Below, in pieces: positions 11,260 through 24,842 of a stretch of DNA of 64,000 bases (the first letter of the stretch is position 1; every line of letters starts with the position of its first letter). The notes below the pieces were generated by a model that made no database searches, had not been told where the DNA came from, and saw nothing but the letters and a program-made list of their open reading frames with translations. This stretch comes from Eledone cirrhosa (lineage: Eukaryota), in assembly GCA_964016885.1 (NCBI GenBank), contig OZ024741.1, forward strand, positions 199,640,001 to 199,704,000, given 5' to 3'. Position numbers and translations under genes: made by a program.

Positions 11260-11371
11260 TTCTGTATAATGTATCTGTTTAAATATATATACTCATACAT
11301 ATCATATAGATGAGCTACTTCCCTTTGCGTGATGGACAAATACACAAGAGTTTTATATATTAGTAGATATT

Positions 11372-11427
<56 letters not shown>

Positions 11428-11519
11428 GGATTGTAACGTCAAGTTACTGTTGTTTCACCAAATTCAGCACTCAATGCATAATTTCTAGTATGTACTCTGG
11501 GGTTGTACTAAGCAGAGTG

Positions 11520-12030
11520 TAATAGTAATAATTATTTCTATTTTAGGCACAAGGCCAGCAATTACCCAGTACATTACTGGTACTTATTTTATCGACCCCG
11601 TAAGGATGAAAGGCAAAGTTAACCTCGCCGGTATTTAATAGTAATAATTGTTTCTACTTTAGGCACAAGGCCAGCAATTACCCAGTGCATTACTGGTACT
11701 TTATTTTATCGACCTCGTAAGGATGAAAGGCAAAGTCAACCTCGGCGGGATTTGAACTCAGATCGTATGGAAAGCATGGCGTCCGACCCTCTACTGATAC
11801 TGCCAATCCACCGCCCTATTTAATAGTAATAATTGTTTCTACTTTAGGCACAAGGCCAGCAATTAACCAGTGCATTACTGGTACTTTATTTTATCGACCT
11901 CGTAAGGATGAAAGGCAAAGTCAACCTCGGCGGGATTTGAACTCAGATCGTAAAGGGACGTAACTATGCTGGAAAGCATGGCGTCCGACCCTCTACCGAT
12001 ACTGCCAATCCACCGCCCTATTTAATAGTA
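11520..12030 (-). mobile_element. Tandem array of three SINE family B copies (one truncated, two near full length)
   Basis: Repeated units separated by tatttaatagtaataatt; B box GAGTTCAAATCC. Confidence 0.85.
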
Positions 12031-12519
12031 ATAATGAACATAGACAAGGTGTCAAATTATAATTAAGTTTATTCAGGCGTGATGCATGTTTCACAATTGA
12101 TTAACTCAAGGTTCAATCTCTATTGATTGGGCCCGACTCTGGAACCAAAAATTCAAACTTCTCTTTACTTAATGACTGAATGTTTTCGCATACAGCTTTA
12201 AAAAGATATATCTGTTCTCATTCATTTGGGGTAGTTAGTTGTTCTTTGTTTGATTGGTTGCTTTTGGGAAGAAATAATATGTGAAGAGGTGGGAGAGGGT
12301 AAGGGAATGTGTAGAAAGAAGAAAGGGACTCTGCCCCCTGACCTCTTAGGAATAAGTGAGCGAAGAAGTAGAAGAGTCAATGTGGAAGCAGATAGGTGAT
12401 ATCAGTGATCAGTGAGTGGGATCCATGGTATTAGAGTTCTTTCTTATGAAGGCAGATTTTCCCAGTTTTTTTAGAATGCATCTGAGGGTGTAGGGGCAGT
12501 GATTAAAGAAATCAGCCCT

Positions 12520-13030
12520 TGTGTTCAGATAGTTAATGAAGTTGTGTAGCTTTTTTAGAATGTTCCATCTTTCCACCATACACAGTCAGCACATCCTCAA
12601 TCCATTTGCATAGGGTTGGGATTTTTCAAGAATCTTCCATTTGATAGATAAATTAATTCCACTGTCTTTACGTGTCCATACACTGGCTTGCTAGTTTAGG
12701 GCCTGATCCTTTTCCAGATAACTGAAGGTTATCCCGTGGTTTAAAAACCATTTTTAATATCAGCCTTTGAACATTTCCATGTACGTTCTGACCTCCTGTT
12801 GCTGGTTTGGTTAGATTGACATGACCTCGGCTTCATATATCACAGCTTGGTCAAGGGGCATGTTTCTGATCGTCTACATAGGTAACCTGGTATGTAGGAG
12901 CTCATGGGCTTGTTGGTGATATAGGTTTTTACATTCATGGCACATGAATATCCAATATTAATATGTTTATTACAAATTTGTATTTGTGGTCTACAGGGAA
13001 ATGTTTATTCATAACAGCTAAAAATCTTAA
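12520..13030 (-). mobile_element. Degraded Naiad-like PLE GIY-YIG fragment
   Basis: Minus strand reads ...IKWKILEKSQPY... plus remnants that resemble the C-terminus of the 48135-50534 ORF. Confidence 0.5.
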
Positions 13031-14394
13031 TTTTATATTTATTAAAATTGTTTTCCAAATTCTAATTCTCTGATGTTCAAAACCTTAAATCCAAATACAA
13101 TTTTTCAAACAGAAAAGCATAATAAAAAAGTTTGTAGATTTTATTTTTTCCTCTCCCATGGTGATATGATCCCCCCCCCCCTACATCTATCAATGCCTTT
13201 CCACTGTTGATGCCACAATAAAAATGCACTCAGTCCACTCTGTAAAGTGGTAGTGCTGGTGCCATGATAAAAAAGTACCCAGTCTATACTGTATAGCAAT
13301 GAGGTTGATGCCACAACAAAAATGCAGCTAGTCCACTCCCTAAGGTGGTAGTGCTGGAGTTATGACAAAATGCACCCAGTATCTTACAGGATGTACTGGG
13401 TACATATCTTACTTATATATGTTCCTGTACTCTACAGTGGGTACGAAGTGTATTTAATTGTGACACCAGCACTAGGGATGTTGTTATGTCTTTGACAGCT
13501 GGAGCATCCTCTGGACCCTTTGTTTTCTATGGCTGGATGTCTTTCCTAACATTAACCACTTTACTGAGTGTACTGAGTGTGTTTCTCAGGTCACCAACAC
13601 TAGAAAGTTTGCCAGTTGTTAATCTAAAAGCCATATCGGGTGGGGAAGGATGAAAGGATGGTAAGAAGAAAGATAAATATGGTATCACGGGTGTATGGTG
13701 GGAAGAAGAGGTGAGAAAGTATGTCATGGGTGTATGCCAAGTGGTGGGATTTTACAAGTTGATGAGTGGGAGGGTAGGGTGTCATCTCTGATAGCATGGG
13801 AGGTACTATGATGATTAGAATAGCTACTGAGGACTTATGATTGGTATGTTTGAATTTAAGACAGGTAGGGTGGTTCTGGACAGAGTTGGGGATGAGAGTG
13901 TAGAGTGTAGCAATGGTTGATGTGGAAGTGGGCATGAATGGATCAAGCCATTTATCTTGAAAGGCAAGTTTTCTTTAGTATCGCACAGCCCATTTTTCAT
14001 GATCCTTTGTTATCTCTGTCACAAGGTTTAGTTTTCTAAGATCAGTTTTCACAACTACATCCCATGTCTTCCTATGTCTATTTCTTCCACAAATTCCATC
14101 CACTAAGATTTCTCTTAATTTATTTATACCCATTATATGTCTATATCCATCATAGCATCATATGTCCATACCAATACAATCTTCTTTCTTGCATACTACA
14201 TCCACTTCTTCTTATACCAAGTTTCTATCTCAGTTCGTTCCTTCCACCACATTCTTACCCTGGTTATCACACTTTCAGAGTATCATCCACAACTGTTAAT
14301 GAGGTCACCTAGGTAAGAAAAGTTATCAACAACTTCTGGAGAGCCTTCCTGGCAACTGTGGGAGTCTATTTCCCATGTGATCATAGTTCTTATT

Positions 14395-14710
14395 TCTCCT
14401 GTACATCTGCTGTATACAAAGTCTATAGGTTTTACTTGTGGCCACTGCACGGGGGCAGTAAGTAGCAAGAACCCTCAGAATACAATCACTTTCAAATGCT
14501 CAGAGGGCTCAGTTGAAGTGGTAGATACTTTCTGTTACCTGGGTGACCAAATCAATATTGTGGGAGGCTGTTCTGAAAGCACAGTAACCAAAATGAGATC
14601 GGCTGGAGAAAGTTCAGGGAGTTACTACAGTTATTAACTACAAAGGGTTTTTCCCTCAAAATGAAAGGCAGACTGTATGATGCATGTATACGAACAGCAA
14701 TGTTGCACAG
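14395..14710 (+). mobile_element. RTE LINE fragment joined directly to Gypsy pol
   Basis: FCYLGD...[16 protein letters not shown], matching the RTE ORF at 28923-29372. Confidence 0.7.
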
Positions 14711-17080
14711 CATGATTTCGCTTCTTCCCTTCTCGGATGTACCATTTTTTCGAAATTGGACTTGGTCAGGGCTTATCATCAAATTCCTGTGAATCCTACT
14801 GACATTCCGAAAACGGCTGTCACTACTCCTTTCAGCACATTCAAATTTTTAACAATGACTTTTGGATTACGCAATGCTGCCAGTACCTTCCAGCTTTTTA
14901 TTTACAAAGTCGTTCGTGATTTAGACTTCGTATACTGCTATATCGATGACATTCTGATTGCGAGTGCTTCACCGGAGGATCATATCACGCACCTCCGCCT
15001 ACTGTTTGAGCAATTTAGTCAGTACCAAGTTCACATTAACCCTGCGAAGTGTATTTTTGGTGCTGCTTCACTCGTCTTTTTGGGCCAATTTATCAACACA
15101 GAGGGAATATCACCACTTCCTGATAAAATGAAGGCTCTTCAAGAACTCCCTCTGCCTACTTCCTTGTGACAGCTGCAGCAGTTCCTTGGTCTCTTAAATT
15201 TCTACCGTCGATTTATTCTGCATTGTGCAGAACTCTTGTCTCCACTGTCCAATCTGTTATGCGACAGAAAAAAGAAGAATGAACCTATTTCCTTGGGTCC
15301 AATGCAACTTGAAGCATTCTCTAAAGTCAAACTTGAATTAGCTAACCTGTCTCTTCTTGCACACCCTGTGTCTGGTGCCCAGTTTTCGGTGGTTGTTGAT
15401 GTATCAAACATAGATGTAGGTGCAGTATTGCAACAGCATCACCAGCAACAGCTACATCTTGTTTTCTTTTCAAAACAGCTAAAGCTCGCCAAAACCTGCT
15501 ATAGCACTTTCGGCCACGGACTTTTAGCTATTTTCCTGACTGTCAAACATTTTTGACATTCACTGGAAGGCCGACATTTTACAATCTTTACTGACCATCA
15601 TCCGCTTACATTTGCACTTTGTTCCAAGCTGGACAAATGCTTGCCTCGGGAAACTGGTCATTTGGACTTCATTTCCCAGTTTACGAATGACATTTGTCAT
15701 ATCCCAGGTGACCAAAATACACCGGTGGATGCCTTAGCTCACCTGCACATCAATTCCTTGTCAGCACCCACGGATATTGACTTGCAACTCTTGGCTTCAG
15801 AACAGCCCATCCTAGAGTCGCTGGATCTCTCTTTGCCAGAATTAGCAACCTGCAAATTCAAATACCTGCCTGTATCCACTTCGGACTCTCAGATTCTATG
15901 TGATACTGCGACCGTTTCACCTCGCCCTCTGGTCCCAGAGGCTAATCATCGAATAGTTTTCAACTCTCTACACAGTCTGGCACACCCCGGAATTTCAACC
16001 ACAGTGAAACTCATTTCGGCTAGATTCTTCTGGCCGAATATGAGACGTGATATCACTGCTTGGTCACGTTCCTGTTTGTCTTGTCAGAAGTCGAAGGTGA
16101 TAAGCATATTCACGCACCCCTCAGCACATTTAGCACTCCAGATGCTCGTTTCAGCCATGTGCATATTGATCTTGTTGGACCTTGGCTAGTCAGTCAGGGA
16201 TTCACGTATCTCCTTACCTGTATCGACCGCTTCACACATTGGCCTAAAGCCATTCCTTTAAGTGACATTTCGGCAGAATCTGCAGCGTGAGCCCTGATAT
16301 CGGGTTGGATATCGCATTATGGTGTTCCTACCACTATCACCACCGACCGTGGTGAACAGTTCGAGTCTCATCTCTTCCTGGAGATTTTGAAGATTTTAGG
16401 AGTATAGCGCATTCGGACTACCAACTACCATCCAGCTTCCAACGGCATGGTAGAATACTTCCACCGCGAATTGAAGGCTGCCTTGCGTGCTTATCCTCAT
16501 CAGCAGCGTTGGAAAGAGTACCTACCCATTATCCTTCTTCGCTGTCGTTCAGCAGTCAAGGAGAATCTCGGATACTCCCCAGCCGAGTTAGTTTATGGAG
16601 TACTTTTATCTCTGTCGGGTCAGATGTTGGCCCCAATTGACTTATCTTTGTCAGATCCAACTGTGTACCTAAATAGACTTTGATCGTATTTTAACGATCT
16701 TCCGCCGATAAATCCTCGGCAACAAGCTATTAAATCTTTGGTTCCGAAGAACATTGCTTCATGGACCCTTGTGTTTCTTAGGAAGGACACCATAAGAAGT
16801 CCACTCAGGCTGCCCTACACACGACCTTATCGTGTTCTTTCACACACAAACAAACTTTTCACCATAGACATTTGTGGGAGAAAAGAAACTGTCTCCATTG
16901 ATAGGGTGAAATGGGCCTTTTCAGAAACTCTTACACCAGAGCCCCATACACCCCCACATACACTGTTCATCATCAAACACAGGCTACACCTTCACAATTG
17001 CACACATCTTTCCCACCTCCATCTACATATGTCACAACTACACAGAGTGGCCGCCATGTTTCCTACGAAGATGTACTGAA
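14711..17080 (+). mobile_element. Gypsy/Ty3 LTR retrotransposon pol remnant (RT-RNase H-integrase), disrupted
   Basis: [33 protein letters not shown]; RNase H FFSKQL...YSTF; HSLAHPG...CLSCQ zinc-binding motif; HIDLVGP; multiple stops and frameshifts. Confidence 0.92.
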
Positions 17081-17539
17081 TATTATCGACAAAGATGTGT
17101 TGATTATTTCCTATATTGTTCCAGGAAGTTCTTTCTAGTCCTTGCTAACTTATCAAATGAACGGTCAGTTAATGTACAGCATTTGCTTTTAATTTAATAT
17201 CTTAATGTGCGCTCATACATTTGGCCAACAGAACAATAAAATGTATATATAACGTTACTGAGTGTCGAAGGCATAATTATTTGTAGATTGGTATCAGAAG
17301 GCCGTTTGTTGCATGCATTAAGGAAGAATCATCATGACATTACGTTGTAACCTTTCCATGAGACAACAATTAGATACCACTGAAAATGTATGATAACTCC
17401 GGACAAAGGTATTTCCTCGAAGCCTTATTTTACAATGATTAAATTGTACTTTTTATATTACATATACGAGTACAATCTAATGTCTCAACTCTTCCAACTC
17501 ATTCAAAATAACTGAAAGTATAAATATGTATTCCTCACT

Positions 17540-18635
17540 CTTTCCGTTATAGGTACACCAGGTAATTGAGGTAATCAGAGTGAATGATAGAATAATTAAA
17601 CTTAGACTAGCCTTGGGCAATATTGCAGCCACTATATTATCTACATATGCCCCACAAGCTGGACTTGCATACAATCAAAAAGACCATTTCTCTGAGGCCC
17701 TCCTACAGACTACTACAATGTCAGATGACAGTGATCTTATGATCGCAGCTGGTGACTTCAACTGACATGTTGGGAAACAAGAGGATAGATTCTCTGGCAT
17801 ACATAGAGACTACAGATATGGCACAAGAAATGAGGAGGGAACTAGGCTTCTGGAGTTCCATGATGCTCTTGACTTAAGGATCTGTAACACAACCTTCAAG
17901 AAACCAGTCAACCACCTGATTACCTACAAATCAGGGGGGCATACAAGACAAATAGACTTCATTCTTGCCAGAAAATGAGACAAGCAAATAGTTGTAAATA
18001 CAAAGTCCTTCCCTGGGGAAGAATGTACTTCTCAACATAGATTAGTTGTCAGTGACTTTAGAATAAGGGATAGGAGGACCAAGAGACAAAAGTCAGTCTG
18101 GAGAAGGAAGACTTGGAACCTGTTAGAATCTTCTGTAGGTAACAAATTTAGAGAAATCTTTTTTGATGCCTATGACAGTAAGAAAAAGGAGCTAGGGACA
18201 TATGACATGGAGAAAAATTGGTAATTTCTACAGGACCACCTGCTGGAAGCAACAAGTCATGTCTGCGGCTGGAGCAAGGTCCCACCAAGATGGAGAGTGA
18301 TATGGTGGTGGAATGACAAGGTAGTAGAAAGAGCCATTAAAATAAAAAGACAAACTTGGAGAAAATGAAGAACTGGAGGAGACGGAAAGAAATACTAGAT
18401 AGCAAGAAGGGAGGCTAGATGCCAAGTTTATCTAATGAGGGGAGATGCATGAAGTGTTCAGGTTTGCGAGATAGTATGCTAGAGAAAATTGTGATGTGGT
18501 TGAAGGAAAGTGTGTCTGAAATGACAGTGGAGCACTTGCCCTGTCTGACATTGAAAATAAGGAGGCATGGAAGACATACTATGAGCGACTGCTGAACAAG
18601 GTAAATGAATGGGACCTCTATAAGTCCAACCCGCA
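17540..18635 (+). mobile_element. RTE LINE APE endonuclease region, degraded
   Basis: YAPQ, GDFN, IDFIL and QHRL motifs across broken frames. Confidence 0.8.
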
Positions 18636-19444
18636 TTTGAAAAGTTTGTCTATCACTGCAACTATTACTGTCAAATTTCCCTGTACATCTACTGCATACG
18701 TAGTTTTCCCTACCTGTTAGTTTGCCAGCATTGTGTATATTTTATAGAGTTTATGCCAGCTCCTTTTCTACATATCAAACATGGCCATATTTCTGACGGA
18801 ATCAGAGTTTTGTCCTCTTTTCTACTCAACACTTTTGTCTTAGCTAGGTTCACTCTCAGTCCTCTTGATTCCAACTGCTGTTTCCATAGCCAGAATTTAT
18901 TTTCTAGCTCTTCTACTGATTCTGATATAAGAACCAGATTGTCAGTATAGAGAAGTTCCCATGGGCAGCCAATCTTAATCTCCTCTGTTATGGCTTGAAG
19001 GACTATAATGAACAGGGACCACCAGATGACAGATCGGGGTACCCTATCAAAGGCCTTCTCTAGGTCAACAAAAGCTAAGTACAGTGGCTCTAAGAACCTC
19101 TCTTGTAATTGTCTCACCAAGAAGAGGGCATCTGTTGTACTCATCCCAGGCGCAAAAAAAACAAACTGCATCTCATCTAGTTTGAGCCTTTCTCTAATTA
19201 GTTGTGCTAATATCCTTTCTGCCACTTTCATAACCTGATCCATCAGCTTTATGCCTCTATAATTGCTCCTCTCCAGAGCATCCCCTTTACCTTTGTAGCA
19301 ATTTATGAGAATACTGCTGCACCAGTCTTTGGGTATGACACCACCATATATAGCCTGATTGATGATGCGTGCAACCAGTTTAGTACCTACTTCTCCTGAT
19401 GCCTTCACCATCTCAGCAACTATCCCCAACGGTAAGATTGTCAT
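18636..19444 (-). mobile_element. RTE LINE reverse transcriptase fragment
   Basis: KGKGD..ERSNYRGI, AFVDLEKAFDRV and ELLYTDNLVL; homologous to 63550-64000. Confidence 0.9.
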
Positions 19445-19859
19445 TGAAAGGTTTTTGGTATGAACAGTTTCTCTCTTAATATGATTAGTGTGGTGTAGTG
19501 TTAATTAATATAGCTAACATTTTAATTGAGGGAAGGATAGAATGGTTTTCTTTTATAACGGTATGTTTAATGTTAAAAAAATATGTTTTGTTGTAGAGGG
19601 TATAATATATTATCTGAATTAATTTTTTCTTAATTTTGTCTATGTTGTTTAGTTTGATATAATGTTAAAGGGTTAGTTTTAGATAATTAGATAAATGTGT
19701 TATTGTAGCTATGTAATCGCATTTTTGTGTGGTGGGTTTGTCTTTATGGAAACTAGATGGATAGAAGAACAGCTTGTGAGAACAGTGCAAGCCATGTTTT
19801 AGAGGACCTGTCAGAAAAGGGATATTAGGAAATGAGTTTAGTGAGGAATTCAAGATAAA

Positions 19860-20420
19860 TATAGAAGGCCATCAAGACTCAGTCCCCAGCCCAGTTCTGT
19901 TTATAGTCCACTAGGCCATAACAGAGGAGTTTATGACTGGCTGTCTATGGGAACTTCTGTATGCTGATGATCTGGTCCTCATAGCAGAATCTGTAGAAGA
20001 TCTAGAGAATGAATTCTGCCTATGGAGACATAACTTATAATCAAAAAGGCTGAAAGTGAACTTAACAAAAGAAGTGTTCATAAGTAGGAAGAAAGACAGG
20101 TGCCTGATTCCATCAGAGAAGTGAGTTGTTTAGTATGTAAAAAAAAAGAGTAGGCATAAACTCTATACGACGTACACAAATCTTTGGTACACAAGAGGTA
20201 TAAGCAGGATAACAGGTAGACTAACAGGAAAGGAAAACTTTGTATGCAATAGATATTCAGGGACAATTGATAGTAAGAATGTCAGGGATTTAAACCTTTT
20301 CTAGTCCCAGGAAGGATCCATAGATGTGGTTCAGAGCTTCTGCTGCCTAGGTGATCTAATTAGCAGCGACATAGATGATCTGAGAGCATAGTGGTTAGAA
20401 TAAAGACAGGATAGAAAAAG
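19860..20420 (+). mobile_element. Degraded RTE RT fragment
   Basis: LWELLYADDLVLIAES encoded near 19945-19995. Confidence 0.7.
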
Positions 20421-22060
20421 TTAGCCCTCAACTAGTTTCATAAAAATACTGGAAAACTAGGAGTAGAAATAGTAAAAGTGTTTTCGAAATTTATATATAT
20501 ATATAGTTTATATTAGATTTCATTTACTTAATATGTATGTGTGACCTTAGATTTTGAGATTTTGAGGTTCAGCTATGGAAAAACTGTTCTAGAAACTGGC
20601 CTCTCTCGTCAAGTGCAAGGGCAAATTTGCTCTTTTGTATTAGACTGAGCATTGTTTTATGTGTGTGTGCATACACACATACACATATATACATATATAT
20701 TTAATATATCAGGGAGCAGTGAAGGTAAATGCCCTAGGCCATCCCTCATCAAACAACTCCCCACTCTCTGAACAGGACCCCCACCAAATAGAGCTCCTGC
20801 TGCCTTTTATCAATGATGGTGCTTGTTGTGTATATATATTTATGTGTGTGTGTATGTGTGGTTATATGAGGGGTTCACCAAACCTGAACTACCCATTCCC
20901 ATCAAGGTCTAGATCTGGTCCTGGCCATAATCATGATAATGTTATCGGTAGAGGGTCAGACGCCATGCTTTGCAACATAGAGTCACGGACCTTTACGATC
21001 TGAGTTCAAATCCCGCTGAGATTAACTTTGCCTTTCATCCTTACGGGGTCGATAAAATAAAGTACCAGTAATGGACTGGGATAAAAAACATAACTAAAAA
21101 AAAACAATCAACCAAGAAACAAACAGAATGCTGTTGTTCACCCCATTATTTCTTCTACTCAAATAAAGTACCAGTAATGCACTGGGTAATTGCTGGCCTG
21201 GTGTATAAAGTAGAAACAATTATTTCTTCTACTCAAAAGTCTTAAAATTTACTTGTTATTATATTGTGTACGTTTGTGTGTGTGTATGTATGTGTACGTA
21301 TGTGTATCTATGTGTGTGTATATGTCTGTGTGCATGTGTGTGTGTGTGTATTTATACACTTCATTGAATTTTTTTTTCTGTGAATGAAATTTCATTATAA
21401 CAAATCTTAGTATTAAAGCAATTTCATTGACAAAGCGAAATAAAATATAATAAAATAATCCATTCTTATAGTTTGGGCCTACTCAGAGTTTCTCTTTCAT
21501 GCTTCTCTTTGTTGAGTACACAAGAGATGTAGTGGGATAGCAGGCAAACTAACAGGTAGAGAAAACTATATATGCTGTAGATGTACAGGGAAATTTGACA
21601 GTAGTAGTCGCAGTGATAGACACATTTTTCAAATGCGGGTAGGACCTACAGAGGTGGTTGATATCTTCTGAGGCCATAGTATCTAGAATAAGGATCTAGA
21701 ATATATATGTATAATATTAATAATAATTGTTTCTACTTTTGGCACAAGGCCAGCAATTACCCAGTACATTACTGGTACTTTATTTTATCGACCCCGTAAG
21801 GATGAAAGGCAAAGTTAACCTCGACGGGATTTGAACTCAGACCGAAAAGGGACGTAACTATGCTGGAAAGCATGGCATCCGACTCTCTACCGATACTGCC
21901 AATCCATATTAATAATAATAATGGTGTTGCTGTTATTGGGTACAAAATTTACCAGAAGGTTAAAGCTCGATGCAAAGCCTATTCCCGATGGTAAATAGTA
22001 TTTGGAAAGACCCATGGAAACATTGTTTCCTCGGCCCGATTTGACGAAAATCGATCTATT

Positions 22061-22111
<51 letters not shown>

Positions 22112-23189
22112 TATATGTATTATCATCATTTTACATCCACTTCTCCATTCTTTTTTGTGGATTCAAACATATTACCTCTCACATTTCCAATGTCAATCAA
22201 ATTCATTTAATTTATATACTGGAGTCAAAAATCCTTGCCATAAATAATGCAAGAAAATTAATGTAAGAAAATGTAGTTGTAAAACATGGGAATATAAATT
22301 ATTAAACATTTTTGTATACTTACTGCATATTAGATGCCCAAAACACAATAAAATCAATATGTGCCTCATACTTGCAGAATATTCAAAAATAATATGTTCT
22401 TTCCAAAATACCAACTCTATACTGAGACAAATCTTTTCTAATTCCTTTTTATAGTGTCATCAAAAATTTTGTCACCCACTCTTTCTGTACCCACCTTAAT
22501 TCAAAGTACTGATTATGAACAGTTAGCTAAAAAGTTGTATTTATGCATCACTTTCATTACATTTATATATATTATGATAATGTGTTATTTGAGTTGCCAT
22601 TATTTTTAAATGGTTACCTGACATTTAAGGTGAAATAGAGGGGCATTTGTAAATATATTTGTTCTTGCTCATTAACTCTATTGCTAAATATAGTAGAATA
22701 TATTTAATTAGAATTAGGAGCAATCTTAACAGCTTACATTCAGAGCAACTAAATAACAAAACAATCAGCATATACTAATATTAGTCATAATCTATTTCAT
22801 ATTATTTAGGTTTCTGAAATCATTTTTTACCCATTCTTTCCCCCTAAAATCCACCCAACCTTGTAGCAGTTCGAAATATATATACATATATATAGTAAAA
22901 TGTTACAGTATCGTAAAAGAGGATAGAAAGAGGAGGTATAAAGAGGCGCGATACAGAGTATTACATACCAAAAGTGGGTGCGTAAGTGCTCGATGCTTGG
23001 GTTATCATGGTTAAATATTAAAGAAAATTAATATTTAGTGTACAGGATTAAGCAGAGCGGTGATAGGTAAAATAATTAATGAAAGAGTTACAAGCCGTTA
23101 AATCATATCTTTATAAAGCTCTGACACATGTTTCGTCCAATGGGGCTCGTCTGAGGCAGATATTAAGGCAAAGATTTAATTATATACCC

Positions 23190-23680
23190 TATTAGAAGGG
23201 TTTCTCCCTGTGTACGAAAGGCCGGTTGTATGATGCCTGTGTGAGGAGCGCGATACTGCATGGTAGTGAGACATGGGCAGCAACTGCAGAGGATATGTGA
23301 CGGAAGCATGCTCCGTTGGATGTGCAGTGTAAATGTGCGTGAACGACCCAGCATGGATGTGTTGAGAGAAAAACTTTCTGAGAGGGATAGAATGTAGTGT
23401 ACGGGAGAGGAGACTGAGGTGGTATGGACATGTGATGTGCATGGAGGATGAACGATGGGTGAAGAAGTGCCAGGAAATGCCAGTTGAAGGAAGACGTGGT
23501 AGAGGTAGACCACAAAAAATATGGGCGGAGGTGGTGAGAACAGACCTCAGATCATTGAAGCTCACGGTGGAGATGACGAGGGACCGTGACGAGTGGAGAG
23601 ATGCTGTGCTGAATAAGACCCGTCCCACCCTTGCAAGCAGGGAAAAGCGGACGTAAAATGATGATGATGATGATGATGAT
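23190..23680 (+). mobile_element. RTE LINE 3' end with (GAT)n tail, inserted in a fold-back element (arms 23063-23139/23730-23807)
   Basis: LRWYGHV...GRRGRGRPQKIW; tail shared with SINE family A; inverted arms on both sides. Confidence 0.8.
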
Positions 23681-23864
23681 TAGGGTAAAATAATAATTTC
23701 ACATCATAGTGCATATTAAATATACGTGGTTGGGCAAAACATGTGTTATAGCTTTATAAAGATATAATTTAATGGCTTGTAACTCTTTCATTAATTATTT
23801 TGCCTATATATATATATATGTATATATAGTTAAAAGAATAGAGGTGTAACACACAAGTTATTAT

Positions 23865-24224
23865 ATATTGGTAAACGGAATAGAAAATGCTGACAAATTG
23901 TTCACAGTTGAAAAATGCTTTAATTAGGAATAAAAGAGTATTAGTGATTGTATGGGTTAGTATTCAGTTGTGGTTTTAAGTTTTTAAGTTTTTACCGGTT
24001 GCGCATTTCTAAATGCTTTTCAAAAGTAATTTTGAGATAGAGTGTCCGTGCTGTTTGCTCTGATCTGATTAGTTTTGGGAATTCTACCTGTTTTTATGTT
24101 AAAAAAGTGGCTCCAATTTGCAAAAATTCTTGTGGTCAAAACAATTTTGATTGGTCGGTAGAGGTCATGTGAATGTAAAAAATTGATTTTGCGCCAAGAT
24201 TGAGAAATGACTCTTTCACAACAA

Positions 24225-24268
<44 letters not shown>

Positions 24269-24337
24269 TAGTAGTAGTAAGGTGTTCAATGTTGTGATAA
24301 TGGTTAGCAGCGATGTGTGTCAAATGGCTATTAAGAT

Positions 24338-24391
<54 letters not shown>

Positions 24392-24498
24392 CAGAGTAAT
24401 TTGTGGTGGCAGGGATGGTCAGTAAGAATGTGTCTGAAAGCAATAGGGGGTATTTTAGCATGTCAAAAGATATTTTTCAGCTTTTGTCTTATACGGAG

Positions 24499-24535
<37 letters not shown>

Positions 24536-24746
24536 AGTCTCTTTGTATGTTGATGTACGCGTGTGTATGTGTGTGTGTATATATGTGTGTGTGTGGGGGG
24601 GGCCAGTATTTTTTTCCCCCTGGTAAAATGGTGTACATTATTCGATTTTTTCAGTAAAATCGGTTCTCTTAATAGAACATCAAAAATCTTAACAAAAAAA
24701 GGTGTGAAATGATATTCACTATATATATATATACACATACATATAT

Positions 24747-24842
<96 letters not shown>

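Larger units (their letters stand above)
10066..11367 (-). mobile_element. Non-autonomous Helitron
   Basis: Minus strand starts TCTACTAATATATAAAAC and ends with hairpin gccgtca-tttt-tgacggc about 10 nt before CTAG; inserted between A and T. Confidence 0.7.

Noticed and set aside
10066-11367. Helitron capture as the vehicle for the M4 gene
   Set aside because: Both Helitron termini pairs close upstream of the gene; the CDS lies outside them.
11520-12030. CRISPR-like repeat array
   Set aside because: The units are ~110-200-bp SINE copies without unique spacers, there are no cas genes, and the context is eukaryotic.
17258-17515. Two possible minus-strand exons with AG/GT boundaries
   Set aside because: No frame stays open through the larger one and the splice signals are weak; unsupported without RNA data.
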